From Takakia lepidozioides (taxonomy: Eukaryota > Plantae > Bryophyta), in NCBI GenBank assembly GCA_030704615.1, contig CM060733.1, positions 71,176,001 to 71,240,000 on the forward strand: a stretch of 64,000 bases of DNA. The letters run 5' to 3'. Position 1 is the stretch's first letter, and each line of letters opens with the position of its first letter. Below the pieces are notes generated by a model. That model ran no database searches, had not been told where the DNA came from, and saw nothing but the letters and a program-made list of their open reading frames with translations. This document shows positions 22,860-35,900 of the stretch, piece after piece. Position numbers and translations under genes: made by a program.

Positions 22860-22964
22860 CCGCTCATGAAATCCGCGTGTCTTAGACTTCGGCTCACCGC
22901 TCATGCGGCTCATGCGGCTCATGGCTCATGGCTCATGGTTTCTGCTCATGAAATAGTAAACCTC
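22860..22964 (-). repeat. TIR and subterminal GCTCATG repeats of copy B
   Basis: Reverse complement GAGGTTTACTATTTCATGAGCA is 20/22 identical to 26356-26377. Confidence 0.8.
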
Positions 22965-24310
22965 GACTGGCCCTATGTGGTCGATTTTCACATGAAAAAA
23001 ACAATGACAAGGTGGGCTCCAACAGTGTGCGTTGACGCACACTGTTTGAGCTGCCAGGTAAGTGTGCATTGAACCTGCAAGACTGGCCCTACGTGGCCGA
23101 TTTTCACATGAAAAAAACAATGACAAGGTGGGCTCGAACAGTGTGCGTTGACGCACACTGCTGGAGCTGCCAGGAAATTGTTGATTGAACCTCATAGAGA
23201 TACCATGTCTGGACGATTTTATTATGAAAAAAGCAGTGAGAATGGGGGCTTGAATTGTGTGCGTTGGCGCACACTGTTTGAGCTTCCAATTCGAGGTGGA
23301 TTGAACCTGCCATAGTGGCCCTATGTGGCCGTTTTGAACATAAAAAAACAAGCAAAATGGGGGGCTCAAACAGTGTGCGATGCCGCACACTGTTTGAGCT
23401 TCCAATTTGGGGTGGATTGAACCTGCCATAGTGGCCCTATGTGGCCGTTTTGAACATGAAAAAACAAGCAAAATGGGAGGCTACTCAGGCAGGAACAAAT
23501 CAGTGGAAGGGATGATCATGATGACACTGAAGAAAATGAAGAATGGGGGCAGGGGCAAATGAAAGAATACTCCCTGGAGTCCAAATACAGCGATGAAGCG
23601 GGAGAGGAGATACAGTCACAAGAAGAAGACGAGCTGCTGGCCATTGTGGTGAGCAAAAAGAGGAGCCCTATTACAAGAGAAATGCAAGTAAGTAAACTAC
23701 AAGCAGCAGACATAGACCAAGAACAGTGGGAGTGTGATGACATTGGAGAGCGGAGAGAAGAAAGAAGTGCGGACATATTAGATGACATACAAGCAATGCA
23801 TCTGGTGCCGCACACTGTTTGAGCTTCCAATTCGGGGTGGATTGAACCTGCCATAGTGGCCCTATCTGGCCGTTTTGCACATCAAAAAACAAGCAAAATG
23901 GGGGGCTCAAACAATGTGCGTTGCTGCACACTATTTGAGCTTCCAATTCGGGGTGGATTCAACCTGCCATAGTGGCCCTATGTGGCCGTTTTGTTCCTTG
24001 GCCAATTGCAAAGCCGCTTTTGTATTCTCCAAGTCTTGCTGCATCTTGAGAGTTACCTCTTCATGAAAAAACAAGCAAAATGGGGAGCTCAAATAGTGTG
24101 CGTTGCCGCACACTGTTTGAGCATCCAATTCGGGGTGGATTCAACCTGCCATAGTGGCCCTATCTGGCCGTTTTGCACATCAAAAAACAAGCAAAATGGG
24201 GGGCTCAAACACTGTGCGTTGCCGCACACTGTTTGAGCTTCCAATTCGGGGTGGATAGGCGGTCGTGTATAGGCGGTTTTCATATCAAAATACAAGCACA
24301 ACTGGGGTTC
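22965..24310. repeat. 116-bp tandem array with palindrome AACAGTGTGCG-N4-CGCACACTGTT (remnant copy E)
   Basis: Palindromes at 23021, 23137, 23253, 23369. Interrupted by non-repeat inserts at ~23484-23804 and ~23996-24060. Confidence 0.9.
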
Positions 24311-24351
24311 ACATGACCATTGAAGCACAAAGGTCGGTCTCAAACATTGTA

Positions 24352-24780
24352 CCTTTTTTTGTCTGCTCCAGAAGACTCCCCAATCGCCGGAGACCCTTTG
24401 CGCTTCGGACTGCTCTCTAAGCCGAGCATGTTCTGGAGCATCTCCCCCATCCTCTTTTCCACTATTTGGTTTGTCCCGAGGCCAGCATCAATATCATCTT
24501 CGGTGTCCGTCCTCCCCCTAGGATTCAGTCTCCTCCTCACCTGTTCTGGCAAAGTATGGCGGGCTGCTGTTCTTCTCCAGATTCCTGCTATTCATCGCCA
24601 GACTTTCCTCTTTGCCCTTTCTTCCTCCTTTCCTCTTCGTCTACTCTTTTCATCCTCATTCTATATCTGGCTCTATTCCTATCCCTAGTGTTCGTGAAGT
24701 ATAACGACTTCCTTCTCTTCCTCCTCCGGTGGAAACAAGGGCTCCCCACGCTGCCTCTGGAGCTCTCCAGTTTGACGTTT
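24352..24780 (-). pseudogene. Probable exon 1 of a fifth, divergent ParB-MTase gene (copy E)
   Basis: RRRKRRKSLYF resembles the exon-1 motifs RRKLKALYY, RRKLQKLYF and RRRISALYY. Ends at an AAG|GTAC donor-like site just before the array. Head-to-head with a transposase fragment. Confidence 0.5.
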
Positions 24781-25479
24781 GCAACAAGCATTGCTAGGCA
24801 TGTAACCAAAGTAAAATTGGACATTGTTAACCGTATTTGGATGCAGGTGTTGCATCATTGTGTGCGAACGGCATTATCCTTTCGGCGTTTGTATTTTCCA
24901 AGAAATAAAGTGGTGGAAAAAAGTAGATCCGTTGCATGTACTTGTGATATATGTCAGATGTACTTCTCCGCCTGCCAATACATAGCAGCCTTCTTGCATT
25001 CTTTGAAATTTGGAAGTGCCGTGGAAATCTAATGCTAGTTCAATTTCGAGCAGTACTTGCAGATTCGCAATAATTGTTATGCTTCACATATGCGTCCACG
25101 TGTGTTGTACTGCCTACCCTGCGGTTTGCATTTCGCCGTCACCGTCGCAATGGGGTCATTCGGTATAAAGGGTTGTGTCGGCAATGGTCATGTGTTGCAC
25201 ACACTCATGCGCGGTGTCTCCTGGAGTGTCAGTGTTTGTTCTGTGCTCTTTTGGCACAACACAGCCTCATTAGATTCGGGGTCTTCCTCTTTACTGCTCT
25301 CCAGGGTTGTTGCCGTCTTTCCATAATGGATGATTTTATGTCATGTTCAGGGTTTGTTTTTCATCCAAATATAGCACGGCTTCTTTGGCTTCTTGTCTTA
25401 GAAAACAGTTTTTCTGGTTGGTGTCTCTCAGTGTGGCTGTCTGCAAAGTTCGGTGCATGTCATTCCTACATCCTTTGCA

Positions 25480-25810
25480 TGCATCGCCCGCGAGCACATC
25501 CACTACATTTGTGACTCTTTCAGACTCGTCCTCGAAGGATGTTTCTGAGATTCCTCCGCCAATGCAGACTCCATTCTTGGATGATGATGAGTGCAGGAGA
25601 TAACGAGTGTCATTCCGAAATTGAAAGCCCTCGCAGGGGTGCCTGGGTGCAAGAGCGAGTTGCATTTTGTTGATTGGGAGTCCCTTCGTGTGCAGCGGGT
25701 TCAATACGTGCTAACAGAGTGTGATGGGGACATCTTGTTTGAGCTCAACCCTCCCACGTCTTCCAGTGGACTAGCTGGGCTTCTGCAGGGCCTGGACAAG
25801 AAACATCACT
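25480..25810 (+). pseudogene. N-terminal fragment of the same MULE transposase family (copy E)
   Basis: KSELHFVDWESLRVQRVQYVLTECDGDILFELNPP..GLLQGLDKKH aligns with RSELAALDYAKFPVRKVTYLPPEVDGNVIFEFPP..GMLTDMDRKH of copy B. Confidence 0.75.
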
Positions 25811-26597
25811 ACAACAGATTGCGGCTTTTACGACTCTGTGTTATGACTGCAAATGCAATTATGAAAGCCATTTACGACTTCATGACTCTGCAGTCGTAAA
25901 ACCCCAGTCAGTTGTGGCATGGCAGATATGACTCGCCAGCCTGGCTGTGACGTGGCGCCTGAGCAGCTGTGGGGGTAGTCATACACGCTGGCTTTACTGA
26001 ATGACTGAACGGGTCCATGTCAGCCGCTGTGTAAGAGAGACATGAGCATGAGTTCCTTCAGCAGATCAAATCTCACTATGACAAGCATGTGCATCCGGAG
26101 ATGCAGCAGGAAAAAATGCACCGGCTGGCCATATCCATGGTCGACCCACAAACAAAAATAAGGTGGCTGGAGATATGGAACTCAGATCAGACAGTAAAGG
26201 ACTTGAATTAGTTCCCAAAGAGCACCATACAGCCTGGCACAAAGGTGGAAGGAATCAGTGATTTGGTGTTTGATAACTGGCTCCACAAGGCTACATTTTG
26301 GAGTCAGGTGTGTATTCAAATAAGCCGTTTTTTTTTCTTCAATTATGTGATGAGTGAGGTTAGCTATTTCATGAGCATGAGCGGCATGATCGGCATGAGT
26401 GGAGTAGCAAGACAATCGGTTTTCATGAGCAGAAGTACAAATTTCAAAAATAAAAAACATTATAAAACATTAATTTAATGCAATGTGTCAGAAAAAACAA
26501 ATATATTATTCGGCACCTTGAAGGGAAAATTGTAGTTTTGAGAGTTGTGCTCATCATATTTCGTCTTCCGCTCATGCCAATTCCCAGCGACATGTGC

Positions 26598-26918
26598 AAA
26601 AATGGCGTCGAATTTCGCGGTAATAGGGTCCGTAATCGGAAAAAACCGCGACGTATTTCGCGGTAATAGGTCTCTCTGGCGAAAAATGGTGCCGAATTCC
26701 GCGGCTATAGGTCCCCTCATGACAGGTGTGTAAGCCCAAAATTTGGAAATGTGGCGCCGAATTTCGGTACATGGTGCCGGGGATAGCACAGATGTTGGGC
26801 AGTTCTGGGCTATGTAACTGGAAATTCGGCGCCATTTTTCCAGACACGGGTACCAGTGCATGTTGGGACTTAGCCAATTTTCGGCCCAAAATAGAGAAAT
26901 TCGGCGCCATTTTTCCAA
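26598..26918. repeat. Degenerate GGAAATTCGGCGCC-type palindrome cluster downstream of the transposase
   Basis: Six or seven copies with cores at 26604, 26647, 26688, 26753, 26828, 26903. Confidence 0.8.
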
Positions 26919-27070
26919 AAATGGCCCCACAACTGTTGTTGGATCTCAGTTTGAATGGAATATTGCCTCATTCCAGGAGTTTTGGGGTGCATTTCATTAC
27001 ACTGCAAAAAAAAATCTGATACATGAAAATGCAATTGAAAATATCCATATGGAGGATTCCATTTGCCCCA

Positions 27071-30000
27071 TCAATGATTTCTGGAATCCCTAAGGAGGAG
27101 TTTGTGCAGCTCGTTCACGCTCAACGTCGGTGCATGAATAAAGTCATCAATAGTCACGTTCATCCTCAACCTCTTCAGGTAAATGTAATACAGATGCTTG
27201 CACGGATAATACTTTGAACCCTTCTTTGCTTCCATCAACGAGAAGTCCGTACAATTGCAAGTCGGCTCCACTCCAATCGTAATTGTGTATACATCGTCGC
27301 GTACAGCCGAGCCGGCCGTTGCCATCCGATAAACACGCCCAAGGTCGGGTAGAGGTACGTCCACGGAGCTCTGAATAGTGCAAGCCATCCCAAGAGCATT
27401 GGCAATCCGAGTCTCATTCAACTTGTTGGGAGGGTGTCGTCTCTTCACTCTTCCGAATCGCATTGTGGGATGTGCAGAATTGTCCAATCCGTCTCTACTG
27501 GACCGAGCAGTCTGTAATGGCTGGGTATGAGGAACCGGAAATGCGTGGGCCGGGACGTCTGTGCATTGCACCATTCGAAATCCTGCTGCAAATAGAGCAT
27601 CCGCCTCATTCTGAGAGAGGCTGCAACCCGGTGCAATAGGCCAGACGCCCGGAGGCTCCAGCATTCCCTGAATCCCGTACTTGGGCTTGCCAAATACACA
27701 GGTCATTATGTCGTGCCTACAGAACCAAAATGTCTGCGTTGTGGCGTGAGCAAATGTGGGAGTCAAAAATCTGCCGCTGAAACAAGGTGCAGGTACAGCA
27801 CCGTGTGGGTTCCTCCGAATCATCCACCACAACGTGCTCTCGTATCCACCCGGATGGCGCAGCACTTCTCTCGAAATGCCGACAATGTCCTCGCAATTCT
27901 CCACTGTGACTCCGACACTCTTGTCTCCACAATGGGAATGTTGTACTGCTTTACTACACATGGCTCGTTATGTTGCCGGGGCACGCGCCCTGTGCTCAAA
28001 GGAGATGGCGATCTTGAACGTGTAGGACTTGCGGTGCTCGACGAGACCTCCTCGGGCAACATCACAGGACCACGAAAGGGCGTGCGAATATTCTTGTCAG
28101 CTCGCCATGAATCCTCTTCTCCGCCAGGTGCCTCGTCAAGTCTTCGTCTCACTGGACGGGTATAAACATCTCCTTCCAAATGTTGGCCTCTTCGAAGCAA
28201 TGGCGTGTCCCGAAGGCCCTCTCGCAAGGCCGCCGCCCACTTCCGAGGATTCTTCGATCTAGAGGCAGTCCGCATCAGCATTTCCTGCCTGTCCGGCCCC
28301 AAGCCCCACTGTTTCCCTTTCAAGAACTCGTTGTACCTGCTTTGCTGCATAATTGACCTCACAATGTCCTCCGTTGTGGCAGTGAGGATGTCCACCAGAT
28401 GCGCCGCAGAGGAGGCACGCCAGGAAGAGTGCACTGATTTGGCCATGTTTGTCGTGGGCATGTCGGTGTCGGAGTCGAGACACATTTCCTGCACAAGCAC
28501 ATGTTGAGGTTACAAGCAAGTTACAAATAATGCCAAGAATAATATTCAACGGGACGCGAATTCGTGCAACTCACCTCCCGCATATAGTCGCCGAACTGGA
28601 GGGAAACGATAATGCCACCATGCTAGCCAACTGACCATTGCTCCCTCGTCTGATTTCCTTACATCACCTGACGATGTCCACCAAGCCCGTATACATGCAA
28701 ACTGTGTCTCTGCATCATCCAAGGTGGGAGCGCGCTTCCACGCAAGACACATGGAACGGTGCTCCTCTCTGAAATCTGGCGCCACGAGCCTGGTTGTGTA
28801 CTGCGAGAGGCTCTGCAGAAAATGGAACCCACAAGATCTCTCCTTGCCTTCCATGGGAACATTGGGGTCTTGCCCGTACACCCTTCGGATGGCGGCCCAA
28901 TTTGCTTGTGCGTTGTCCGCCATGAAACCACGGAAATTGGGAGGGGGCAATCCCGCCTTGGCCATCTGTTCGTTTATTCCCTGCCAAAGAAGCATCTCCG
29001 ATTGTGTGTCCTCTCCTTTCATCTCACAAATAGCAATTGTCATTAGCATCCTGCAGTGGGTGTCGTAGAAATGTGCACCCATTGTCATCCACTGGTGATT
29101 TGTAATTCGCTTGATATGGTCGAACATGACCCAACTGTTTGACAAGTCCCCACTCGTCATCTTGTCGACCAGTTTGACGCCGCTGCCAGGTCCACACGTT
29201 GACATTTTGAATACGAAACAACGATCTGCCTCAGTCCCTTGTCTTGGAAACCGACTTCCATGAATGTAGTCATATCCACATCGTCGCTTCACCTCCAGAA
29301 TGGAGTGCATATCCGAGCCACGCCCAATTTTCTATTTGCATGACACAATGTGGTTTCGGACATTCAGTGAACAGACGTGGGACACCGACTCCAACAATGC
29401 CTCCATTTCCTTGTCATCGAGAGGAACTCTGTCGGAGCCGTCTTCCGATATAATTCTGGCCAACGCCATCTTATGGGCGGCTTGGAGCTGTATCTGTTTG
29501 GGTTTGGCACCCGGTCTCAACTTAACCTCCTCCTGAACGAGCTGCTCTGCCTCGTGGGCAGCCTCCCGCGAGTTCCCCCTCGCCAATTTGTGACAATGGG
29601 AACCAACGTGTATGCAAGCTCGGGTGAGGTCAGGGAAACGGTGCAACACATAGAACTGCTTGGCATTACAAACAGACATGCAGTGTGGTGGTTCTTTGCA
29701 ATGCGCACACTTAAATGTGGAGTTCGGAACCTTCTCTTGAGCTCGAAATGGTTGATGAGCTGTGCCTGTCCAATCGGTCTCGTTCCTGTGACCTCTGGAT
29801 TTAAAGTGGAAGCAAGTTGGGGAGAAACACCGCAACGCGCCCGCACAAACAACGTAGCGCACCCGCACACCATCGAGCATCTTCATGCTGGTGGTTTTGG
29901 TAACGCACCAAGGATGACCGTTATGTTTTCTATCCATATCTGTCAACATTCCGGACGCCCTCGAGTAGTCCGCCCGAGGAGGGAACTCAAAGAAGATATT

Positions 30001-30663
30001 ACCGTCGACGTCTGCGGGAAGGCATGTAACCCATTTAATTGCGAACTTGCTGTAGTCCAGCCCGGCCAGCTCCAAGCGGTGTCCCTCCATGTGAAGCCCT
30101 CGCAGAATTTCAAGAATAGATCGAACTGCGGTGCTCGTGCTGGGAATATGACTCCCTCGTCCACTGACGTCCATTGAGGACTTGCCTGATCTCCAGGACG
30201 ATCTCGGAACTTCCATGACCTCATCTGAGTCGGAGAGGTTGTGAACAACCCGGTTCTCGCTCGTCTTCATTGATGGGTTCGGCTCTGGATTTACTTCGTT
30301 GCGGACTTCTCTCTTTGAGGTACCCACTCTCTAATTCGCGGATTGTTTCGTTGAAGGCGCCAGGATAGAAGGTACATTTGGCGGGCAAATGAAGTCCCCA
30401 ACAGCCCTGTATATGACGCTGTCCGATGGTGGAACTCGCCATTCCCTGCCATCGCCAAAATCATCGTGGAGCACAACAATACTCTCGACAACAACGCCGT
30501 TTGAGTCCTTCATTTCCTCCTCCAAAAAAACCGACCCCGGTTTTAGGTGGTATCGAACGCACAGATATTTCTCCATCACCCAGCAGATGTCCCCTCTGCA
30601 CGGAAATGAAGCTCTATGTTCGTGAGGAGGGCAGTACACTGTAGCGCTCGGGTTTTCCGCCAT
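27071..30663 (-). pseudogene. MULE transposase, essentially full length (copy C)
   Basis: Same motifs as copy B (WVMFDHIKR, FMADNAQANW, SCGFHF, PTCNCTDF..PCKHLYY), but the catalytic E reads TNMAKSVH. Intron 28574-28489. In-frame stops at 30331 and 29332; frameshifts at ~28600 and ~27830. Confidence 0.9.
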
Positions 30664-30954
30664 GGGAGATGTGCACACAAGACTGCCAGGATGGCGTGCG
30701 GGCAAGCTCCCTAGTAGAAGGGGGATGCAGCGATGGGAAGGAATGCGGTGCCGATTTGTCCGAGCGACGAAGCCTGATCCAAATCCAGGGAGCCAACTAT
30801 CTCAAAAATCCACAGTCAGAGTGTTAATGAACCTTGTCTCCGGAATGCAGCCCCTGGTCTTTGCGCAATAACTGCCAACGGTATGCAGTCAGAAAGTGGG
30901 GGGTCGTCCGGATGATGTCGGCTGAAGGGGAGAAGCCGGCACCGTGCCGTCACA

Positions 30955-31775
30955 TTACTACCCCCGAATGGAAATTCGGCACCGAATATCCAACCGGGGC
31001 CGCACGGATGAAGTCGCCTGGGGCAGAGAGGCCGACACCTGTCCGACAGAGAACATCCCCCGGATGGAAATTCAGCGCCGAATTTCCATCCGGATCCCCC
31101 CAAAGGAAGTCGTGTCGGGGGGTCACGCCGAAAACTGGCCGACATAAAAACCTCCCCGGATGGAAAAACGGCGCCGAATTTCCATCCGGGGCCGTTCGGA
31201 GGCAGTCGGGGAGGGGGGAGAGGCCGGCACCTGGCCGTCACATTTCAACCCCCGGAAGGAAATTCGGCACCGAATATCCAACAGGGGACGCCCGGATGAA
31301 GTCGCCTCGGGCGGAGAGGCCGGCACGTGTCCGACAGAGAGCATCCTCTGGATGGAGATTCGGCGCCGAATTCCATCCGGGCCCCCCCAAAGGAAGTCGT
31401 GTCGGGGGGTCAGGCCGAAAACTGGTCGACATAAAAACCTCCCCGGATGGAAAAACGGCGCCAAATTTCCATCCGGGGCCGTTCGGATGCAGTCGGGGAG
31501 GGGGGAGAGGTCGGCACCTGGCCGTCACATTTCAACCCCCGGACGGAAATCGGCACCGAATATCCAACAGGGGACGCCCGGATGAAGTCGCCTCGGGCGG
31601 AGAGGACGGCACCTGTCCGACAGAGAGCATCCCCCGGATGGAAATTCGGCGCTGAATTTCCATCCGGGCCCCATCAAAGGAAGTCCGGTCGGGTGGTGAG
31701 GCCGAAAACTGGACGATATAAAAACCTCCCAGGATGGAAAAACGGCGCCGAATTTCCGTCTGGGGCCGTTCCGAT
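30955..31775. repeat. 96-bp-period array (288-bp higher order) of GGATGGAAATTCGGCGCCGAATTTCCATCC variants
   Basis: Starts at 30970, 31066, 31162, 31258, 31354. Confidence 0.92.
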
Positions 31776-31884
31776 TTCCCTCTAGCAGTCGAGGAGTCCA
31801 TGAAAAACGTGTCTAAAAGTGGACTTCAGCCACAAAACTAACAGTTTACTGTGTTTTTCTCCGAAAAACCAAGCGGCCACACTC

Positions 31885-32730
31885 AGAATTACCTGCAGGA
31901 TGGTAATTCGGCGGTTAGACTTACCTGGCGGATGGAAATTCGGCGCCGAATTTCCATCCATCCGGGCTCCGAATTACCTGCATGACGGAAATTCGGCGCT
32001 TGAAATTACCTGCAGGATGGAAATTCGGCGCTGAATTTCCATCCTGCAGCACTCCGAATTACCTGCATGACGAAAATTTGGCGCGCCGCCCTACCTGGCG
32101 GATGGAAATCCGGCGCCGGATTTCCATCCATCCATCCGCGCGAAGAATTACCTACGTGATGGAAATTTCGCGCGCCGCCCTACCTGGCGGATGGAAATCC
32201 GGCATCGGATTTCCATCCATCCACGCGCAGAATTACCTGCGTGACGGAAATTTCGCGCGCCGCCCTACCTGGCGGATGGAAATCCGGCGCCGGATTTCCA
32301 TCCATCCGGCTCCGAATTACCAGCATGACGAAAATTTGGCGCAGCCCTACCTGGCGGATGGAAATCCGGCGCCGGATTTCCATCCATCCGCGCGCAGAAT
32401 TACCTGCGTGACGGAAATTTCGTGCGCTGCCCTATCTGGCGGATGGAAATCCGGCGCCGGATTTCCATCCATCCGGCTCCGAATTACCAGCATGACGAAA
32501 ATTTGGCGCGCCGCCCTACCTGGCGGATGGAAATCCGGCGCCGGATTTCCATCCATCCGGCTCCGAATTACCAGCATGACGAAAATTTGGCGCGCCGCCC
32601 TACCTGGCGGATGGAAATCCGGCGCCGGATTTCCATTTATCCGCGCTCCGAATTACCTGCAGGATGGAAATCCGGCGCTGGATTCCCATCCTGCCGCGCT
32701 CCGAATTACCTCTACGTTGGAAATTCGGGG
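31885..32730. repeat. 84/53-bp-period array of GGATGGAAATCCGGCGCCGGATTTCCATCC
   Basis: Starts at 32193, 32278, 32360, 32445, 32529, 32613, 32666. Homologous to 6660-7935. Confidence 0.92.
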
Positions 32731-32959
32731 CCGAGTTGCGTCATATTTCATCCGACAGGGAGGGCTTCATCCGACATTTAATTGCGTAGTTGGGCATTAA
32801 ATGTCCACCGCCGTCCGTTTTGATTCGGGCTGGCGATACAGGGATTCCGCGGTTGCTTCCTCGATACGTACCCTAAATCTGATGCTAAACTGGGATTAAC
32901 TTCTATTCGAGGCATGTACCCCAAAAAACTGAGATCTTTTTTCTTTTTGGCTGGGACTT

Positions 32960-35900
32960 ATGCCGCCTGAAGGGCGTGGCTCTCTTGAGAGAGACCCCAC
33001 ATCCAGACCGCGGCGGAAGTTGAGAGCTTTGTACTTTGGACGACGGCCAATCTCTCGCATGGCCAAACTTAAGCTCCAGCAGGAGATTCCAGTGTCTTGC
33101 TCACAACCCGCGCCAACTGAAGCCGAGTACTCTCAGGCAAGCCACTTCTGCTTTCGCTTTGTTCGCTTTCGCTTTTGCTTTCGCTTTGTTGTTTCGCTTT
33201 GTTTTCGCATCTTCATCCTGGCATCGCTGGAAGCGTATGGTTGCATCGCAAAAGCAGGAGCTGTTGCGAAGAATGATCAAGGTTTGAGTGGTTAAAAATT
33301 AAGGAAATCCATGCTGAGCTGAGAAGAATGTCTGAGCAGATGAAGTGCCTTCAAAACATTTCACCCTGTTTTCCCGTCTTATGGAATTCCTGATCATTTG
33401 TTCATCGTGTTTCATATTACCGGTTGAGTGAACCTTACATAGTTTGCAATGCGTGTGCAAAGCCGGCAGCTCTGGAGAAGGCTGCTTGTGCATGTCATTC
33501 TTAGGCATTGGTTGGATTTGTTTTCATTGTTGTTCCACGATTGTTGCTATGGTGGTTGTGCTGCTCGTTGCGATGCTGGTTTTGGCACCGATGTTGGTTC
33601 TCACGATTTTTGGGAATGACAAAGTGACGACGAGCCCGGCACGCTGGTGGTATCATCCACAGCTCCAACTCATCGCATGTTTGAATCGCCCAACTTGGGG
33701 CGAGAGGGCAAACTTAAACCTTTTGTTGGTGGACGGGAGGACCTGCAGCGAGAGTACGACATAATAGGCATTGGGGAGGTTGGTGCAGGCAGCATGGCAG
33801 GTGAAGGGCGTGAGGACGTGAGGACAGCAGATCCGGCAATGGAGGTTGTTGATGCACATGCAGTAGGGCCCGCCCACGCAAAGAAGAAGAAGAAAGCTAA
33901 GCACATGCAATCCCCGGCGAGAGAGCCGTCACGGGCTGCGGAGGGGGGAGTGAGTAGTGCGCGCGAGGGTGTCAGTTCGCCTCAATCAAAGGTGGTCGTC
34001 CTGGAGGGCTCCCCTGCTGCTAGCCCTAGTAAGAAACAGAAAGCCCGTGAGAGGGCAAAAGAGAGGGCAAAAGAACAGGCGAGACAGAATGCTAGCCAGG
34101 AGGAAAGAGAAAAGGCCATTGAAGAGGCCAGGGGTGCCCAAATGACAGATGCCAATGTAAGCGAGGGACGCACAGAGACGGTGGATTCCTCCAAGACACC
34201 ACAAAGAGGCAGTAACACACCGGTTAGACCATCGCGGGCAAGAGCAGCCCCTGCAATTACCCATACGGTGGAGAGTGGAGGAGAGGAAAGAACACCAGAA
34301 AGAGCACGGATTGTGCCAGTTCGAGGTGAAGCCGGGGAGAGGGCAGTACAGACGGGGAGAGTGCTCGAGGTGGTTTCGCCGGTGGCTGACCATGTTGAGG
34401 AGGACGACAAAGAACTTTCTGACCAGGATGACATCCTCCCGGACATCCCCAGGCCCCAAACCCGCAGCATACAGGCTGGATTTGGCGGTCCTGGTGGGCT
34501 GCCGGAGAACCCCTCTGCAGCAGACGTCATGTCGGAGGCGGATATGAAGTTGGCCGCTGCCAAGATGTTGGAGGCAACCCACAGCAACATTGGCAGGGTT
34601 CTGGGGGGCATGGTGTACCCAGCCAAGCTTCGGATTCCCCTTTGCCGCTTGGTGTCATTGCAGGTGGTGAGACCTGCCCTCCCAGGCGATATCGACAAGC
34701 TGAAATTCTCTTTCCGGGATGGATATCGAATGGGGTCTGCCGCGTTTTACGTTTCCATTGAGAACGACCACGGAGCTTCCCGTGCCCACACTTCCGATGA
34801 GGTGGACAAATGGGGTCCCCATTCGCAAAGGTGAAATGAGGAGTTCGAGAGAACGATTGCTACTGATCATCTTTTCCAGCACTTGTCCGGTAAGATGTTT
34901 TACGTGTGGGACGGCAATCATTGCCTCCTGGCATGGATGGAGCACATAGCCGAAGCCCACCCCAACGACCTCAATTGGCATTTTGCCGTGGAGTGTGTTG
35001 TGCTGAAGGTCGCAGGGCCCAAAGATCGCAGTCTTCTCAAAGCTGCAATGGCGGACATCAACTCGTAAGTTACAACGCCTCTTGCTTTTGGACCCATCCG
35101 ATTGTAAGTCATTTCATTGCGAATCCTCATATTTGTTGAAAATTCCCATTTCAGTATTGTTTGATGGAAATGTGGCATTGCAGGGTGACTAAGAATGCCT
35201 TCATTGCCACCAATTTGTCCCATATGCTCTTCCGAGTGAAGGATGTCGGGAAGCAGGGGGTGCAAGAGTTTGCCAATTCGCTCAGTGCCGACCTCCTGCG
35301 CAAGTCGGAGGCAAAGGCAGACAGAACCTGGTATAGGCTGAGCATGGATGCCATGGTGGACTACATATTTCGGGTAAAGCTCCTCACTGTTTTGTTGAGC
35401 TAATGTGTCTCTCCTCCCCCAATAGAAGAAAAAGTGTTGAGCAGGATCTCTAATCTTATGTGCGCATTCTTGACAGACGAAAATTCAGCAGGATTTGGCA
35501 CATACGCGGAGGTTCTACATGGAGTCAGAGGAGAAGAATCTAACCCTCCCGGCACTCAAATCGTATCTCAAAGCTGCGGAGGCCAGGGCCCGCATAAAGT
35601 ACAAGTCGCGGATAGTAAAGTACGTGGCCATAGCTGATCCCGCCCTTGGTGCCGACTTTCTGGTGGAGGTGGGGAAGCACTACTCCCGCGCTCTGAAGCC
35701 CACGATGACATTGGAGAAGCTCCATCGTCTAGCCACATCCTGTGTGGATGCAACAGAAAAGGTGATACATTCTTAACCAAATTGTGGTGGCAACAACTCG
35801 TTTTTGTGGTGTTTGGCGCTTACGAATATGCTGGGTGGTTGGACAGACCCGGTGGCTCCAAATCTGGAATGGTTCCCAAAGTACAAGGGACATGTGGAGC

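Larger units (their letters stand above)
15197..22964 (+). mobile_element. Copy B of MULE/ParB-MTase transposon (ParB-MTase gene truncated)
   Basis: ParB gene 5' part on minus, palindrome array, transposase on plus, terminus ...GCTCATGAAATAGTAAACCTC at 22964. Confidence 0.8.

Noticed and set aside
22944-26377. A separate TIR element spanning 22.9-26.4 kb
   Set aside because: The inverted repeats face outward from B and C; they are the homologous ends of two oppositely oriented copies.
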